NCBI RefSeq assembly: GCF_006345805.1
Contig: NW_021835964.1
Location: 1 to 64,000, forward strand
Origin: Octopus sinensis
Lineage: Eukaryota
Length of the DNA: 64,000 bases
Direction of reading: 5' to 3'
Under the pieces are notes generated by a model. The model was given only the letters and a program-made list of their open reading frames with translations. It was not told the origin of the DNA and did not search any database. The translations under genes and the position numbers were made by a program. Position 1 is the stretch's first letter, and every line of letters starts with the position of its first letter. Positions 51,651-64,000 of this stretch are shown here, piece by piece.

Positions 51651-52308
51651 TTTCAGAACCGTCTGAAGGTAACCAAAGCTCAGAGGAACGATGCTTTGCT
51701 GGTCTGTTTGATAAACGAGAGTCAACTTTGAGATGCGGAGTTGGGGATAGTGTAAAAAGAATAACTCCTGAAAATGAGAATGAGGTGGGTGGAGGTGAAC
51801 AAAAACGAAATTTGAGAGCCAAAAATAAAGACAAGAATTATGGTGTAGTGACACTACTGTGTAAGTTTCAGTGCACATGTGCAGAATTGGATTACCTCCG
51901 GTTGGCCACCGGAAGTTTCCTCATGCGCATGCACAGGAACTTCAACCTGAAAGCGTGACCACTAAATAGGTCTTTCTAGCAGAGCAGCGCTAGCGATCGG
52001 ACGTGGCTCGACTTCTCTCAGGGAACTCCTTACGCACAAAGAAGCTCTCACTTCGAAGCAGGAACGAACACCGTATCTTCTTGGCTCACACGAGTGAACA
52101 TTGTAAACAGTCCTTTGGACTCGGCTGCCGGTTTCCCCACAAGAAATACATATGTATATGTTTTACCTGTGAACCGCAGAATAAACTACTATTGTTGTTA
52201 TTGAAGACAGCCTGACTTTGGTTCCGTTTCTTCAACTTGTATGTGACAAGATCAGACCGGACACCCCTCCAGTGTTCCTGAACTCTCATCCTGTTACAAG
52301 TGGCGACC

Positions 52309-54966
52309 TTTCATTTTATCACCACCACTGGGCTGCCTGTTTTTTCGCGCCCGCGGCGCCTTGCGCCTGACCATCTAAGAACGGCTAGGGCCGAGTTTGA
52401 GCACATGCTCCAACTTGGCCTAATACGCCCCTCCACCAGACTATGGGCGTCTCCCCTTCACTTGGCGCGAAAAGGGGAGTCTGATTTTCGCCCGGTAGGA
52501 GACTATTGACGCCTCAATGTGTTAACGATAGCCAATCGCTACCCGATAAGAAATCTTCACGACTTTACGGCGAATCTTCATAGTTGTACCATTTTTTAAA
52601 AAGTCGTTCTTATACGCGCTTATCACCAATACCGGTCAACGCAGCCTACTTTCCGAAAAATGCGATTACTACCCCCTTTGGGTGTTTTGAGTTTTTATAT
52701 ATGAGTTTCGGTTTGCGGAATGCTACCAGCACTTTCCAGCGCTTCATTGATGAGGTTGTTCGCGGTCTTGATTTTGTGTTTGCCTATGTCGATGATATAC
52801 TCATTGCGAGCGACACACGTGAAAATCATCTCCGGCACCTTTCTCAGCTTTTTCACCGTCTTTGCGCTTATAGTATACGCATAAATCCCGACAAGTGTGT
52901 TTTCGGACACTCTTCTCTATATTTTCTAGGTCATCATATTGATTCCAGTGGAATCAGACCTCTGTCGTCAAAAGTCGATGCCATTCAACGCATCGCACCT
53001 CCCACTTCCTTGCGCCAGCTCAGGCATTATCTAGGGATGATCAATTTCTACAGACATTTTATTCCCGGCTGTGCAGATAAGCTACTTCCTCTCACCAAAC
53101 TATTAAAGGACACTCCTAGAAAGGACGGTCAAGTCACCCTCTCTGTTGAGGCACTAACAGCTTTTGAGTCCATCAAGAAGGATCTAGCTTCTGTTTCTTT
53201 GCTTGCACATCCGGTTCCTGGTGCTCCTCTCTCTTTAACTGTAGACGCATTGGACACTGCAATTGGTGCTGTGTTACAACACACAGTGGACGATCATACT
53301 CGATCTCTGGCCTTCTTTTCCCGCTGGACGACGATACAGCACGTTTGATCGTGAGCTCCTAGCGGTCTATCTATCGGTTCGTCATTTCCAGCATCAACTT
53401 GAAGGTCCAGATTTTGTGATCTATACGGATCACAAGCCTCTTATGTTTGCCCTGTCTTCTAAAACGGACAAACTCTTGCCTCGTGCTTTCCGTCACTTGG
53501 ATTTTATTTCACCAATTTACTAGTGACATTCGTCACATACCTGGAAAAGAGAACGTTCCTGCTGACACTCTCTCTCGCCTTCCAGTCTGCTCTCTTTCGT
53601 CTCCTGCTGCTATCGACTTAATTGCCATTTCACAGGAGCATCCCCCTTTGGCGTCGTTAGACTTAACTTCGCCTAAGTTCTCCTGTTGCCAGTTTGCCTA
53701 TCTTCCGCGCCCGTCAGCCGAAGGTACCATCCTTTGTGATACTTCCACTGGTTCTCCCAGGCCACTCGTGCCTGAGAATCATCAACGCTCAGTGTTTGAG
53801 GCACTGCACTCTTTATCACAGCCTGGCATCGCTGCTACCCTTAAGCTTATCACTGCTCGTTTTTTCTGGCCGAATATGCGTCGCACTATTACTTCTTGGG
53901 CACGCACTTGCTCTAAGTGTCAACGGTCCAAGATTCAACGGCACATTCATGCCTCGCTTGGACATTTTCCCCATACGGAGGCCCGTTTTCGCCATGTCCA
54001 CATTGATCTAGTCGGACCATGGCCTGTGAGTTGCGGGTTTTCTTATCTTTTAACTTGTGTCGATCGTTTCTCCCATTGGCCAGAAGCCATTCCGATAGCA
54101 GATATTTCTGCTGAATCTGTTGCTAGAGCCTTTTTTTCTAACTGGATTTCCCGTTTCGGAGTTCCGTCCAGATTGACTACTGATCGTAGACGTCAGTTTG
54201 AAGCTTCGTTATTTCGTGAATTGTCGCGCATTCTAGGTGTGCATCATATTCACACTACCAGTTACCATCCAGCGTCCAATGGATTAGTTGAACAGTTCCA
54301 TAGACAGCTCAAGGCCGCTCTTCGTGCCTCTTCAGATCCACAGTCTTGGACTGAATTTCTGCCAATTGTGCTTCTTGGTTGTCGTACTGCTGTCAAGGCA
54401 GACCTGGGTTTTTCTTCTGCAGAGCTACTGTATGGTACCACACTGGCATTGCCTGGTACGATGTTGGTGCCAGACACTTCACAGCCCCATGATCCGGCGA
54501 CCTATGTCGCCAGACTGCGTTCTTATTTTTCAAATCTTCCGCCCATGGTTTCCAGGCAACAATCTCCACCTCCTCATGTCCCACCGGATATGGACACTTG
54601 GTCGCATGATTTTGTTTGAGACGACTCTGTGAAGGGACCTCTTGTTTCTCCTTATAAAGGACCTTTCTGTGTGCTTTCTCGCACACCCAAAGTTTTCACC
54701 ATCGAAATGAATGGTCATGCGGAGACCGTTTCAGTGGACCGACTAAAAAAAGCACATTTGAGGTGTCTTCATCTCTTGATGACACCGTTGCCACACCCAC
54801 CTATACACCTTTGACAACACATTCACCTACACAGACACCTCTGCCTCTACCGGCTCCTACAACGCCACCTTCGCCGTCGACGGGTGCCCCGAGCACAACG
54901 TATATTACTAGATCGGGCAGAACTGTTCATTGGCTCAAGAGACTTTCAAAAGCAATTTACATTTGA
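52309..54966 (+). pseudogene. Gypsy pol remnant (RT, RNase H, integrase) with frameshifts and stops
   Basis: WASPLHL, YMSFGLRNA, FAYVDDILI, DALDTAIGAVL, FDRELLA, H-x-L-x-Q...C-x2-C, HIDLVGP, TTDRRRQF, NGLVEQFHR. Confidence 0.92.
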
Positions 54967-55076
54967 CTTTCCTTTCTTTTTAATTTCATACTTTAGTCTT
55001 GGACAATTGTGAAGAGACAAAAAAAAAAAAGAAAAAACTTTGTGCATGTTATAAATTCTTTTGCATTTCAATTTTC

Positions 55077-55889
55077 GGATCTTTACCTTTTGAACGGCAC
55101 ATGTCAACACAATTTCTAGTTAGCTAAACACTTTTAAACTTCGTATACTGGTAGAATGTGTTTATAAAACATCATTTTTTCTTGGCTTTATTGAGAAAAT
55201 TCTAGGGTTTGTAAGATATTTCGTCTGAAATTTCGAGCATTTCGGCAATTCTAACCAATCGCTGACCTCCATTTAGGGTGAAAACATTCCGTGCTGTATG
55301 AATATGTCCCTCGTTTAAGAAACAGATTGGGTTTATTTACATTTGCGAAGAAAAAAGATAGCCTTCCCCCACCCCTAACCCTAACTCTAACCCTAAATCT
55401 AAAATAGATTGAAATGCAATAGATCGATACTAGGGTTATAATTATGGGTGACATTTTCATTTGACACCGCTAGAAAAAAATCCCATTTTCCGTAGCGGTG
55501 TCGTATGAAATTGTCACCCGTAATTATAACCCTTGTATCGATCTATTGCATTTCAATCTATTTTAGATTTAGGGTTAGAGTTAGGGTTAGGGGTGGGGGA
55601 AGGGTATCTTTTTTTCTTCGCAAATGTAAATAAACCCAATCTGTTTCTTAAACGAGGGACATATTCATACAGCACGGAATGTTTTCACCCTAAATGGAGG
55701 TCAGCGATTGGTTAAAATTGCCGAAATGCTTGAAATTAAAGTGGAAATATGTTACAACATATAGAATTTTCTCAATAAAGCCAAGAAAAAATGATGCTTT
55801 ATAAACACATTCTACCAGTATACGAAGTTTAAAAGTGTTTAGTTAACTAGAAATTGTGTTGACATGTGCCGTTCAAAAGGAAAAGATCC
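55077..55889. mobile_element. Foldback DNA element (813 bp) with ~396-bp arms and telomere-type repeats
   Basis: GGATC...GATCC ends; arms 55077-55472 and 55493-55889; 20-nt spacer; 8-bp TSD CAATTTTC/TAATTTTC. Confidence 0.88.
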
Positions 55890-56487
55890 TAATTTTCTGT
55901 TGTCATATTGTGTGCCTCATCTTCTGGGGGATCGGCAGCCATCTTGTTTTCTGCAGCCACTACAATTTTCTTGTTTCGTGCCTCCGCACTCGAGGGGGAG
56001 CCATGTAGTGACACTACTGTGTAAGTTTCAGCGCACATGCGCAGAATTGAATTACCTCCGGTTGGCCACCGGAAGTTTCCTCATGCGCATGCACAGGAAT
56101 TGAATCTGAAAGCCTGACCACTAAATAGGTCTTTCTGGCAGAGCATCGCTAGCGATCGGACGTGGCTCGACTTCTCTCAGGGAACTCCCTATGCACAGAG
56201 AAGCTCTCACTTCGAAGCAGGAACGAACACCGTATCTTCTTGGCTCGCACGAGTGAACATTGTAAACAGTCCTTTGGACTCGGCTGCCGGTTTCCCCACA
56301 AGAAATACATATGTATATGTTTTACCTGTGAACCGCAGAATAAACTACTATTGTTATTATTGAAGACAGCCAGACTTTGGTTCCGTTTCTTCAACTTGTA
56401 TGGGACAAGATCAGACCGGACACCCCTCCAGTGTTCCTGAACTCTCATCCTGTTACAAGGGAAACAGAGAAAGAAAACAATATTTAC

Positions 56488-56489
<2 letters not shown>

Positions 56490-56545
<56 letters not shown>
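56490..56545. repeat. (CT)n microsatellite
   Basis: Direct reading. Confidence 0.97.
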
Positions 56546-56548
<3 letters not shown>

Positions 56549-56787
56549 CGGTCGTGTTATTCTTTGCTCCGCAGTGAAAGATTGTATTTGTGCTGAAAAT
56601 TGTGAAAATTTGCTGTTTTGATCGTCGAGACCACTTCTTTTCTGCTGTTGCAGCAGAGTTTTGCTGTTCTTTCCCCCTTATTTCAGGGGGGAAGCGACGA
56701 AAAACATGAATTTGCCACCAATTTCTTCCGAGTCGGAGGAAAACTTTGAAAATTTGTTTGAAGGCATGAAGGCGAAAATGTGAGAGG

Positions 56788-59700
56788 TGTTATGTAATCA
56801 TCACAACAAACAACGTTACCCATTGTCTCCCTTGATACAAGGACATTCAGTTAGTTTCCCGCCACAACAAATACCTTGTACAACAACGGCAGTCTAATAA
56901 AGTATCTCGTATCGTTAACACGTTTTTTCAGTCTCTCTCATTTTCTAAATCTTTCATACTAAGTACTCACCACTTCCTTTAATACTCAATACATTATATA
57001 TATATAACAACAACATGGTGTCAGAATACTAAAAGAACCCAACATACAGAAACCAAAAGAAAAAAGAAGTTGAAATCATACTTCAAAGACGAAATGGAAA
57101 ATTTACCGCATCCAAAAGACCTAGACTTTAATCAGGAAAATCTAGCCGCAGCATGGAAAAAGTGGAAAAAAGAATTCAATCTCTTTTTGATAGCAACAGA
57201 AAGTGACATAAAGCCAGACAAAGTAAAAACTTCAATGTTTTTAACTTGCATCGGTTCCAAAGGCCGAGACATCCATTCCACTCTGGATTTCGATTCACCC
57301 GACGAAGAAATGAACCTTCAAACAGTAATCGAAAAATTCGATACATATTGTGAACTCAGGAAAAACATAACTTTCCTGAGACACAAATTCTTCACATGTG
57401 AACAAGCGGAACATCAAAAATTCGATGAGTACGTGGTAGAGTTGCGCCAAAAGGCACAACAGTGCGAATTCGGCAACCTCACAGACAGTCTCACCAAAGA
57501 TATTCTGATATGTGGAATCAGAGACATGAGACTAAGAGAAAGATTATTGAGAGAACCAAATTTAGACTTACAAAAAACAATTCAAGCAGGTCAGAGTGTA
57601 GAGCAAATACGACTCCAATCAAGGATGCTAAATGCCACATCCGAAACAAGAGATAACGAAATCTCGAGGGTATATAGTCAACACGACAGAAAAGGCGCCA
57701 AAACTCAAATAACTCGCCATATGCAATCCAGACATCAAAACGAACAAGGCGGAAGTGACAGAAAGCCCGCGAAGTTTCAAGCGCCAAGTCAACACTACGT
57801 CACTGTCACTATTGTGGTTATAATCACAAAAGAAATAAATGCCCAGCATTTCACAAGACATGTGAAAAATGCAAGAAACAAGGACACTATGCAAAAATGT
57901 GCAAATCAAGAAAATTTGTACATAAAGTAGAGATATATACCGACGATGAATCAGATGACGATACACATGCACTCGAAATGATCACTGCAAATAATTCCCG
58001 TGTGCACAAAATCGAAAAGTTCAAGACTCCAAAAGACATTTGGACGATCGAACTAAAAGTGAACAACTCGAATGTAACATTCAAAATTGATACTGGAGCA
58101 GACGTAACCGTACTGCCATTCAGAGAATATAGAAATATAATTCCAAAACCACAACTGCAAAAAACCTCAACTCGATTATCAGCTTACAATAACACAGCTA
58201 TAAAAGTGCTAGGAAAATGCACAGCAGTCATTAAATACAAAGAATTATCAAAACAAATAAAATTCATTGTTGCAAAAACAAACTCGCACGCAGTTATAGA
58301 TGCAAAGACAGCTAAAGATCTGAACCTAATTCAGAGAATTTCAAAAATAAACTCACCGAACACAAACGGCATAATAGAAAAATATGAAGACTGTTTTGGA
58401 GAAATCGGCACTTTGTCAATAACACATCATATCACAGTGGATCCACAAATAACTCCTGTAATTCATCCACCAAGATCGGTTCCTTTTTCTATAAAAGAAA
58501 AACTCAACAAAGAATTAAAAAGAATGACAGATTTAGGTATCATAAAACCTGTTAGTGAACCTACAGACTGGGTAAATTCCCTAGTCATCGTTGAAAAAGC
58601 CAACGGAAAACTCCGACTCTGTTTAGACCCCAAGAATCTAAACAAAGCCATAAAAAGGCAACATTTCAAACTCCCTACAGCGGAGGACATTTTTGCACAA
58701 ATGCATAACCCTAAATATTTTTCGAAACTCGATGCATCTAATGGATACTGGCAAATTCCAGTTGACGAAGAAAGTTCCCATCTGTTAACGTTCAACACAC
58801 CTTTTGGAAGGTATCGCTTCACACGACTACCCTTTGGAATTCACAGCGCCAGTGAAGTTTTCCAAAAAGAAATTGCAAAAATAATAGAGGGCATAGAAGG
58901 AGCAAGAAATTCACAGGATGACATCATAATCTGGTCCAGCACTTTAGAAGAACACACAAATAGACTACAACAAGTTTTCGATCGAATCCGAAAGCACGGA
59001 TTAAAGTTAAATAAATCAAAGTGTATCTTCTATGAATCACAAATCAAGTACCTTGGGCATCTATTAACCAGCGAAGGGATAAAACAAGATCCAACCAAAG
59101 TACAAGCAATCATTCACATGCCACTGCCAACAAGTAAAAAAGAATTACAAAGATTCCTAGGTATGACAAATTACCTATGTAATTTTTTATCAAATTACTC
59201 CGAAGTTACAGCACCATTACGCCAGCTTCTACAGAGTGACACGTTATGGTCATTCGACAAACCACAAATCGAAGCAATAAAAAAGCTAAAAGAAATGATT
59301 ACCAGAAAACCAGTGCTACAATTTTATAATCCAGATCTACCAATAAAAATAACTACAGATGCTAGTAAGCATGGGCTCGGAGCGATACTTGAGCAGAAAC
59401 ACAACGAAAGATGGCTACCTGTTTCGTTTGCATCTCGTGCAACAACTCAAGCAGAACAAAACTACTGTCCGATAGAGAGCGAAGCTCTCAGTATAGTTTT
59501 CGCATGCAAGAAATTTCATCAGTTTATATACGGAACTCATTTCAGAATCGAAAATGACCATAAACCGTTGAAGCAAATATTCAAAAAATCGATCACTAAA
59601 TGCCCCCCCCCCCGAATCCAAAGATTTCTACTAACATTACAAAGATACGATTTTGACCTAAACCACATACCTGGTAAAGAATCAATTGTTGCAGATACCC

Positions 59701-61293
59701 TATCACGTGCATACCTTGAGCAAAATACTCCAGAAGTATCAGACGAAGATATGAAATCGCACATACATGCAGTAATAGAAAATTACCCCATAACCGACAC
59801 TAAATTAAACGAGTATAAAGAAGCCACTGCAGACGACCCGTCACTACAGACACTCATCACATATACAAGAACAGAATGGCCCCCAAAAGACAAATACCAA
59901 TAAACATCAAACCATTCGTCTCCGTTCGTGATGAAATATCAATCGTCAATGGTCTCGTTCTAAAAGGTTCAAGAATAATTGTACCTAAGTCATTACGTAG
60001 AGAAGCTCTACAGGAAATACATACCGGACACATGGGTATCGAAAAATGCATAGAGAGAGCGAAGGAATGTATATACTGGCCTGGCATTAACGCTCAAATC
60101 AAAGACATGGTTAACACATGCTCATACTGCATCGACTACAAAAACCAACAATGAGCCGAACCACTAATAAATCATGAAATACCTACTACACCATGGACCA
60201 AAGTGGGTACAGACGTATTTCACCTGTCTGGAAATTCGTATGTCACAATTATTGACTATACAACAAGATTTTTTGATCTACACGAAATAAATGATTGCCA
60301 GTCAAAAACCGTAATCAAAAAATTAAAAGAAACTTTTGCTAAATTCGGAATTCCGCAAACAGTTGTAAGTGACAAGGTCCAGAATTCAATTCGGCTGAAT
60401 TCAAAAAATTTGCAAAAAGTTGGCATTTTCATCACACGAAGACAAGCCCGCATTATCATCAAGCGAATGGCATGGTTGAGAGAAATATACAGACAATAAA
60501 AAAGATGCTAAAAAAGGCATTCAAGAGTGGCGAAGAACCTCAGTTAGCGCTCTTAGCATTACGCACGACTAAATTACAAAATGGTGCACCATCCCCTGCA
60601 AATCAAATAATGAATAGAACATTGCGAACAAATCTCCCAAACTTACTACACGACAAAATTGGTATCAGGTCTCACGAAAAGAAGAAATCAAACATCACAA
60701 CAGAACTCCCAGAGTTAAAACCACACGACACGGTTAGAATTAAGTTTAACAACAATTGGTTTAGAAGGGGCAAAATAATTAAAAAACTAGAGCAACCTCG
60801 TTCATACTTAGTAATAACAGAGGAAGGTAATACAGTCAAACGAAATAGACAACATATTCTTAAAACAAACGAACACGTTCGCATAACAGAAGAATTAGAT
60901 TATGAAAATATATTTCCAAAGTCAACAAACACGCATGAAAAAACAAAAACAGCACAACTACAGAATTCAACACTACAAAATAATAAAACCACAAAAAGTG
61001 GATGACGAATAATTATTCCCTGTAGATACAGATAAAAAAAAAGAAAAAAGGAAGATGTTATGTAATCATCACAACAAACATGAACAATCAACGTTGCCCA
61101 TTGTCTCCCTTGATACAAGGACATTCAGTTAGTTTCCCGCCACAACAAATACCTTGTACAACAACGGCAGTCTAATAAAGTATCTCGTATCGTTAACACG
61201 TTTTTTCAGTCTCTCTCATTTTCTTAATCTTTCATACTAAGTACTCACAACTTCCTTTAATACTCAATACATTATATATCTATAACAACAACA
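56788..61293 (+). mobile_element. Mag-clade Ty3/Gypsy LTR retrotransposon, structurally complete
   Basis: LTRs 56788-57015 and 61056-61293; perfect 5-bp TSD AGAGG; PBS TGGTGTCAGAA at 57016 (tRNA-Leu type); PPT 61034-61055. Confidence 0.95.
57070..61005 (+). pseudogene. gag-pol polyprotein with about four disablements
   Basis: Gag with twin Cys/His knuckle (CHYCGYNH..CPA..CEKCKKQGHYAKMC), protease FKIDTGAD, RT NSQDDII, RNase H TDASKHGLGA, integrase HTGH..C..C; shifts near 57760-57790, 59880 and 60378, stop at 60152. Confidence 0.92.
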
Positions 61294-64000
61294 AGAGGAG
61301 GAAGGTAAAACTAAAGAGGCGTCTCACGCGCGCGTTACTAAAGCAGACGACAAGATGTCTAGCGAGGCTACTACACAACAGGAAAAGTCAAAAATAAATT
61401 TTGCAACTGCAGCAACTCGCCCCTGTGATAATATAGTTATTAACAAAGAAGAATTAAAGAAATACCAAGGTTTACTAAAAAAAAAGGTGATAATGTGAAG
61501 TTGCTCCCTCCCAGTGAATTAATTTACGCGACGGAGAGAAGAGACTGTAATATACAAAATATCATGTGGAAATAGGAAAATTGACTCGTGCCGAGGGAAG
61601 CCATAGAAAAATGCTTGAGGCCGATATGGCAACAAATAAGTTATTATAACGAGGGGTAGTCGCTTTGGCACTGTAGAGGTGCGTTTCCCTAGCGAAAAAG
61701 GAAAAGCTAGGAAACATTCAACAAGGACATTGAAGTCGGAAGATGTAGTTCTCCTCCCGACTTATTTAGGAAAGAGAATTCGAAAAAACGGTCACGGATA
61801 TTCCACTCGAGTAAATGTGGCCTTTGTCATAGCCGCTATTCTCTTAGGCAAAGAGGAAGAAATTGCCATTCTTCAGTCTAAGAGATATCGCCAAAGAAAA
61901 CTGGTTTGGACAAGATTTAGAGCTTGTGATCCAAGCAAACCCCTCAGACTTAGAAAAATTGCCCAGTTCCCTCACAATTGGAGAAAATACCAGCATGATG
62001 GTAGTAGTCGAGGGGAGAAAGCCATGATGTTACAAATGTGGCGAGAAAGGCCACATAAGGTCGAGTTGTCAGAAGAAGACAGCCAAAGAAAATGCTGCCG
62101 AAAAGGCAAGCACGACGCCGAAGACAACAACCACACCGCTAGAAATAGCAGCCACGTCGCGCACCCCAATTGCCAAAGTTCAGCCGACAGCGGGAGAAAT
62201 CAACAACAACGACTACAGCAACAACGACGACGACAACATCAACAATAACATCCAGGATTGGGTCACCGTAGAACCTTCAAAAGGAAGACGGAAACGGAAA
62301 AACCCACCCTCTTCGGATACAGTAAGTTTTAAACATTCGACTAATTTTTCACATTCTCGTTTAAACTCGGTTGTATAAATATTCGCGGCCTGGGGTCGTA
62401 TTGGAAGCAAGGCTATCTCCTTAACGACCTCGTTTGGATGTAGTGGTAATTAACCGAATCCAGACTGAGTGGGCTGCAGGCTTATTCGCCCCTTCTAAAC
62501 GGCTACGAGAAATACGTTTCTCCCTGTCGACCTGGAGGGGACGTAGGAGTGGCAGTGCTGGTCAGAAAAAACATGAATTTAGAGATTAGAACTGTCTTTA
62601 TAGATCCGGAAGGCAGGTTGGTCGTTTTGGATGTGACGCGCAGCAGTGGTAAAGTGTTCAGGCTGGTCGCTGTCTATGCTCCCTGCGAAGGAAAAGCTGG
62701 GCAGAAAGATTACTTCAAAAGCCTAGAGATTTTCTTGGCACGTCGAAACGTTAGTATTGCAGGTGACTTCAACATAATTGCGATGCACGCGCTTAGATTA
62801 TGTTGGCTCGCGAGAAAGAATAGAGAGGGATTACCTCACATCAACGATCTGCTAAGTCATTTCGAGTGGCAGATCGATTCAGGCTGGACCCACCCAGACA
62901 CTCCAGTGTGGACCTGGGCAAGAAACGACGGGGTCGTCCGATCTTACATAGATAGATAGAATCATAACTAGAAGGAAAGATAAGAAAATACTTAGCTGTC
63001 CACAACACCATATCGTCAGCTACAGCGATCACAAATTAGTGACCTGTACGTTCGACATAGATAGCATGTGTAGACGATGTTTTGTCCGGTTACTCGGAAG
63101 CTAAACAAGTCACTATTGGGTGTGAAGCCTAAGGAATCGGATTAAACAATTAGTAATGAGGGCGTTAACCGGATCCATTATCAACAACAAATGGTGGTAC
63201 GCCCTGAAAAGAGCCATCAAATTTGAGTCAATTAGGTTCAGCAAAGAATTAGCTAGTGCTAGAAACAAAGTAGAAAAGGAACTAGTTAAGGCAATAGATG
63301 AGGCAATGAGGTCAGTGTTAGCGGCGAGGTTGGCACTCGACCAACATCTCAAAGCTAAACATGAAGGGTGCATTGTCAGGGCTAAGATCCGTGCAATGAG
63401 ACAGGAAAGGATCAACGCAACCGGATGGGCCCGGGTGGTAGAGGGCCCGCGTGGAAAAACTCAACCATTCGATCTTTGACGAGCCCAAATGGTCGATTAG
63501 TAAACGAACCCGCGGAGATGTGCAAGGTGTTTCACGATCATTTCGCCCAGCTATTCGGGAGGAGCAGCGGACTGGAGCGCGGGGAGAAGCACGCAGACTT
63601 CCTAGCCGGTTCGCCGCGTTTATCGAGGTTGGACGCAGAATCTTTTGAGGCGCCGATCACAGCCAAAGAAGTCGAGGATGTGTTGGCAGACTGCGGCGGG
63701 GACTAATCGCCGGGACTCGATGGACTGCCTTACGAACACTATAGTAGCATGCCAGACTTGTTTGGGCACCTACTTGCATGCGTGTACCCAACTGACAGCA
63801 GACACAGCGGAGAATTCCTAAGTCTGTGAGCCGAGGGGTGGTAGCGCTGTTAGAAAGGACCCAAACAAGGGGATTTAATTGATAATTCGGCCCATCACTT
63901 ATGCTTACGCAGAGTTGAAGATTTTGGCCAAGGTCTTAGCAAAAAGGTTGGCGCGGGTCGTGGGTGGACTTGTTGGCGAGGCGCAAACTTGCGTCATCCT

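Larger units (their letters stand above)
51844..56457 (+). mobile_element. Ty3/Gypsy (CsRn1-like) LTR retrotransposon lacking gag and protease
   Basis: LTRs 51844-52298 and 56004-56457 (TG...CA, about 15 substitutions and 1 indel by eye); PBS stub TGGCGACC 52301-52308; PPT GAGGGGGAG 55992-56000; imperfect 4-bp TSD ATGG/AGGG. Confidence 0.93.
56546..64000 (+). mobile_element. Tx1/L1-clade LINE copy 2 (5' UTR, ORF1 from ATG 56706, ORF2 from ~62370), interrupted by a Gypsy and running off the window
   Basis: With the Gypsy and one TSD removed, ORF1 reads MNLPPISSESEENF...KM*EEEGKTKEAS...KSKINFA in frame; knuckle CYKCGEKGHIRSSC (~62030-62070); APE INIRGLG, AVYAPC, AGDFN, RSYIDR; RT SPGLDGLPYEHY. 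Confidence 0.82.

Noticed and set aside
55373-55592. Interstitial telomere or chromosome fusion site
   Set aside because: Only four hexamers per side, embedded symmetrically in TIR arms with a TSD; orientation and context fit a transposon
57759-57790. Programmed -1 gag/pol frameshift in the Mag element
   Set aside because: The shift falls before the gag zinc knuckles, there is no X XXY YYZ heptamer, and Mag elements usually have one ORF; more likely a 1-bp loss

Overview
Eukaryotic, AT-rich, microsatellite-dense DNA made almost entirely of nested transposable elements. I found no host protein-coding exon, rRNA, true tRNA gene or CRISPR array. The tRNA-derived SINE families, the (TA)n/(GAT)n density and the RTE LINEs suggest an octopus/cephalopod genome (inference from repeat familiarity, not a database result). 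Main content: two long RTE-clade LINEs (8.3-12.6 kb, minus; 43.2-49.3 kb, plus, intact except for one extra C), older RTE and CR1 relics, two Tx1/L1-clade LINEs, three Ty3/Gypsy elements (two CsRn1-like, one Mag-like), four Helitron-type insertions (one duplicated), a Penelope-like element (PLE), mariner, Tc1, pogo and piggyBac relics, a foldback element, many SINEs and a ~3.3 kb tandem duplication that may be an assembly artefact. Most notable by eye: a PHD finger inside the RTE reverse transcriptase ORF; a five-fold amplified RTE 3' UTR; two hammerhead-ribozyme-like motifs; a PLE GIY-YIG endonuclease with a ~130-aa in-frame low-complexity insert; an RTE with three C-terminal C2H2 fingers; a Helitron carrying the 5' end of a Tx1 ORF1; and an 813-bp foldback containing telomere-type repeats. 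All calls are by-eye readings; unless termini are stated exactly, boundaries are approximate.
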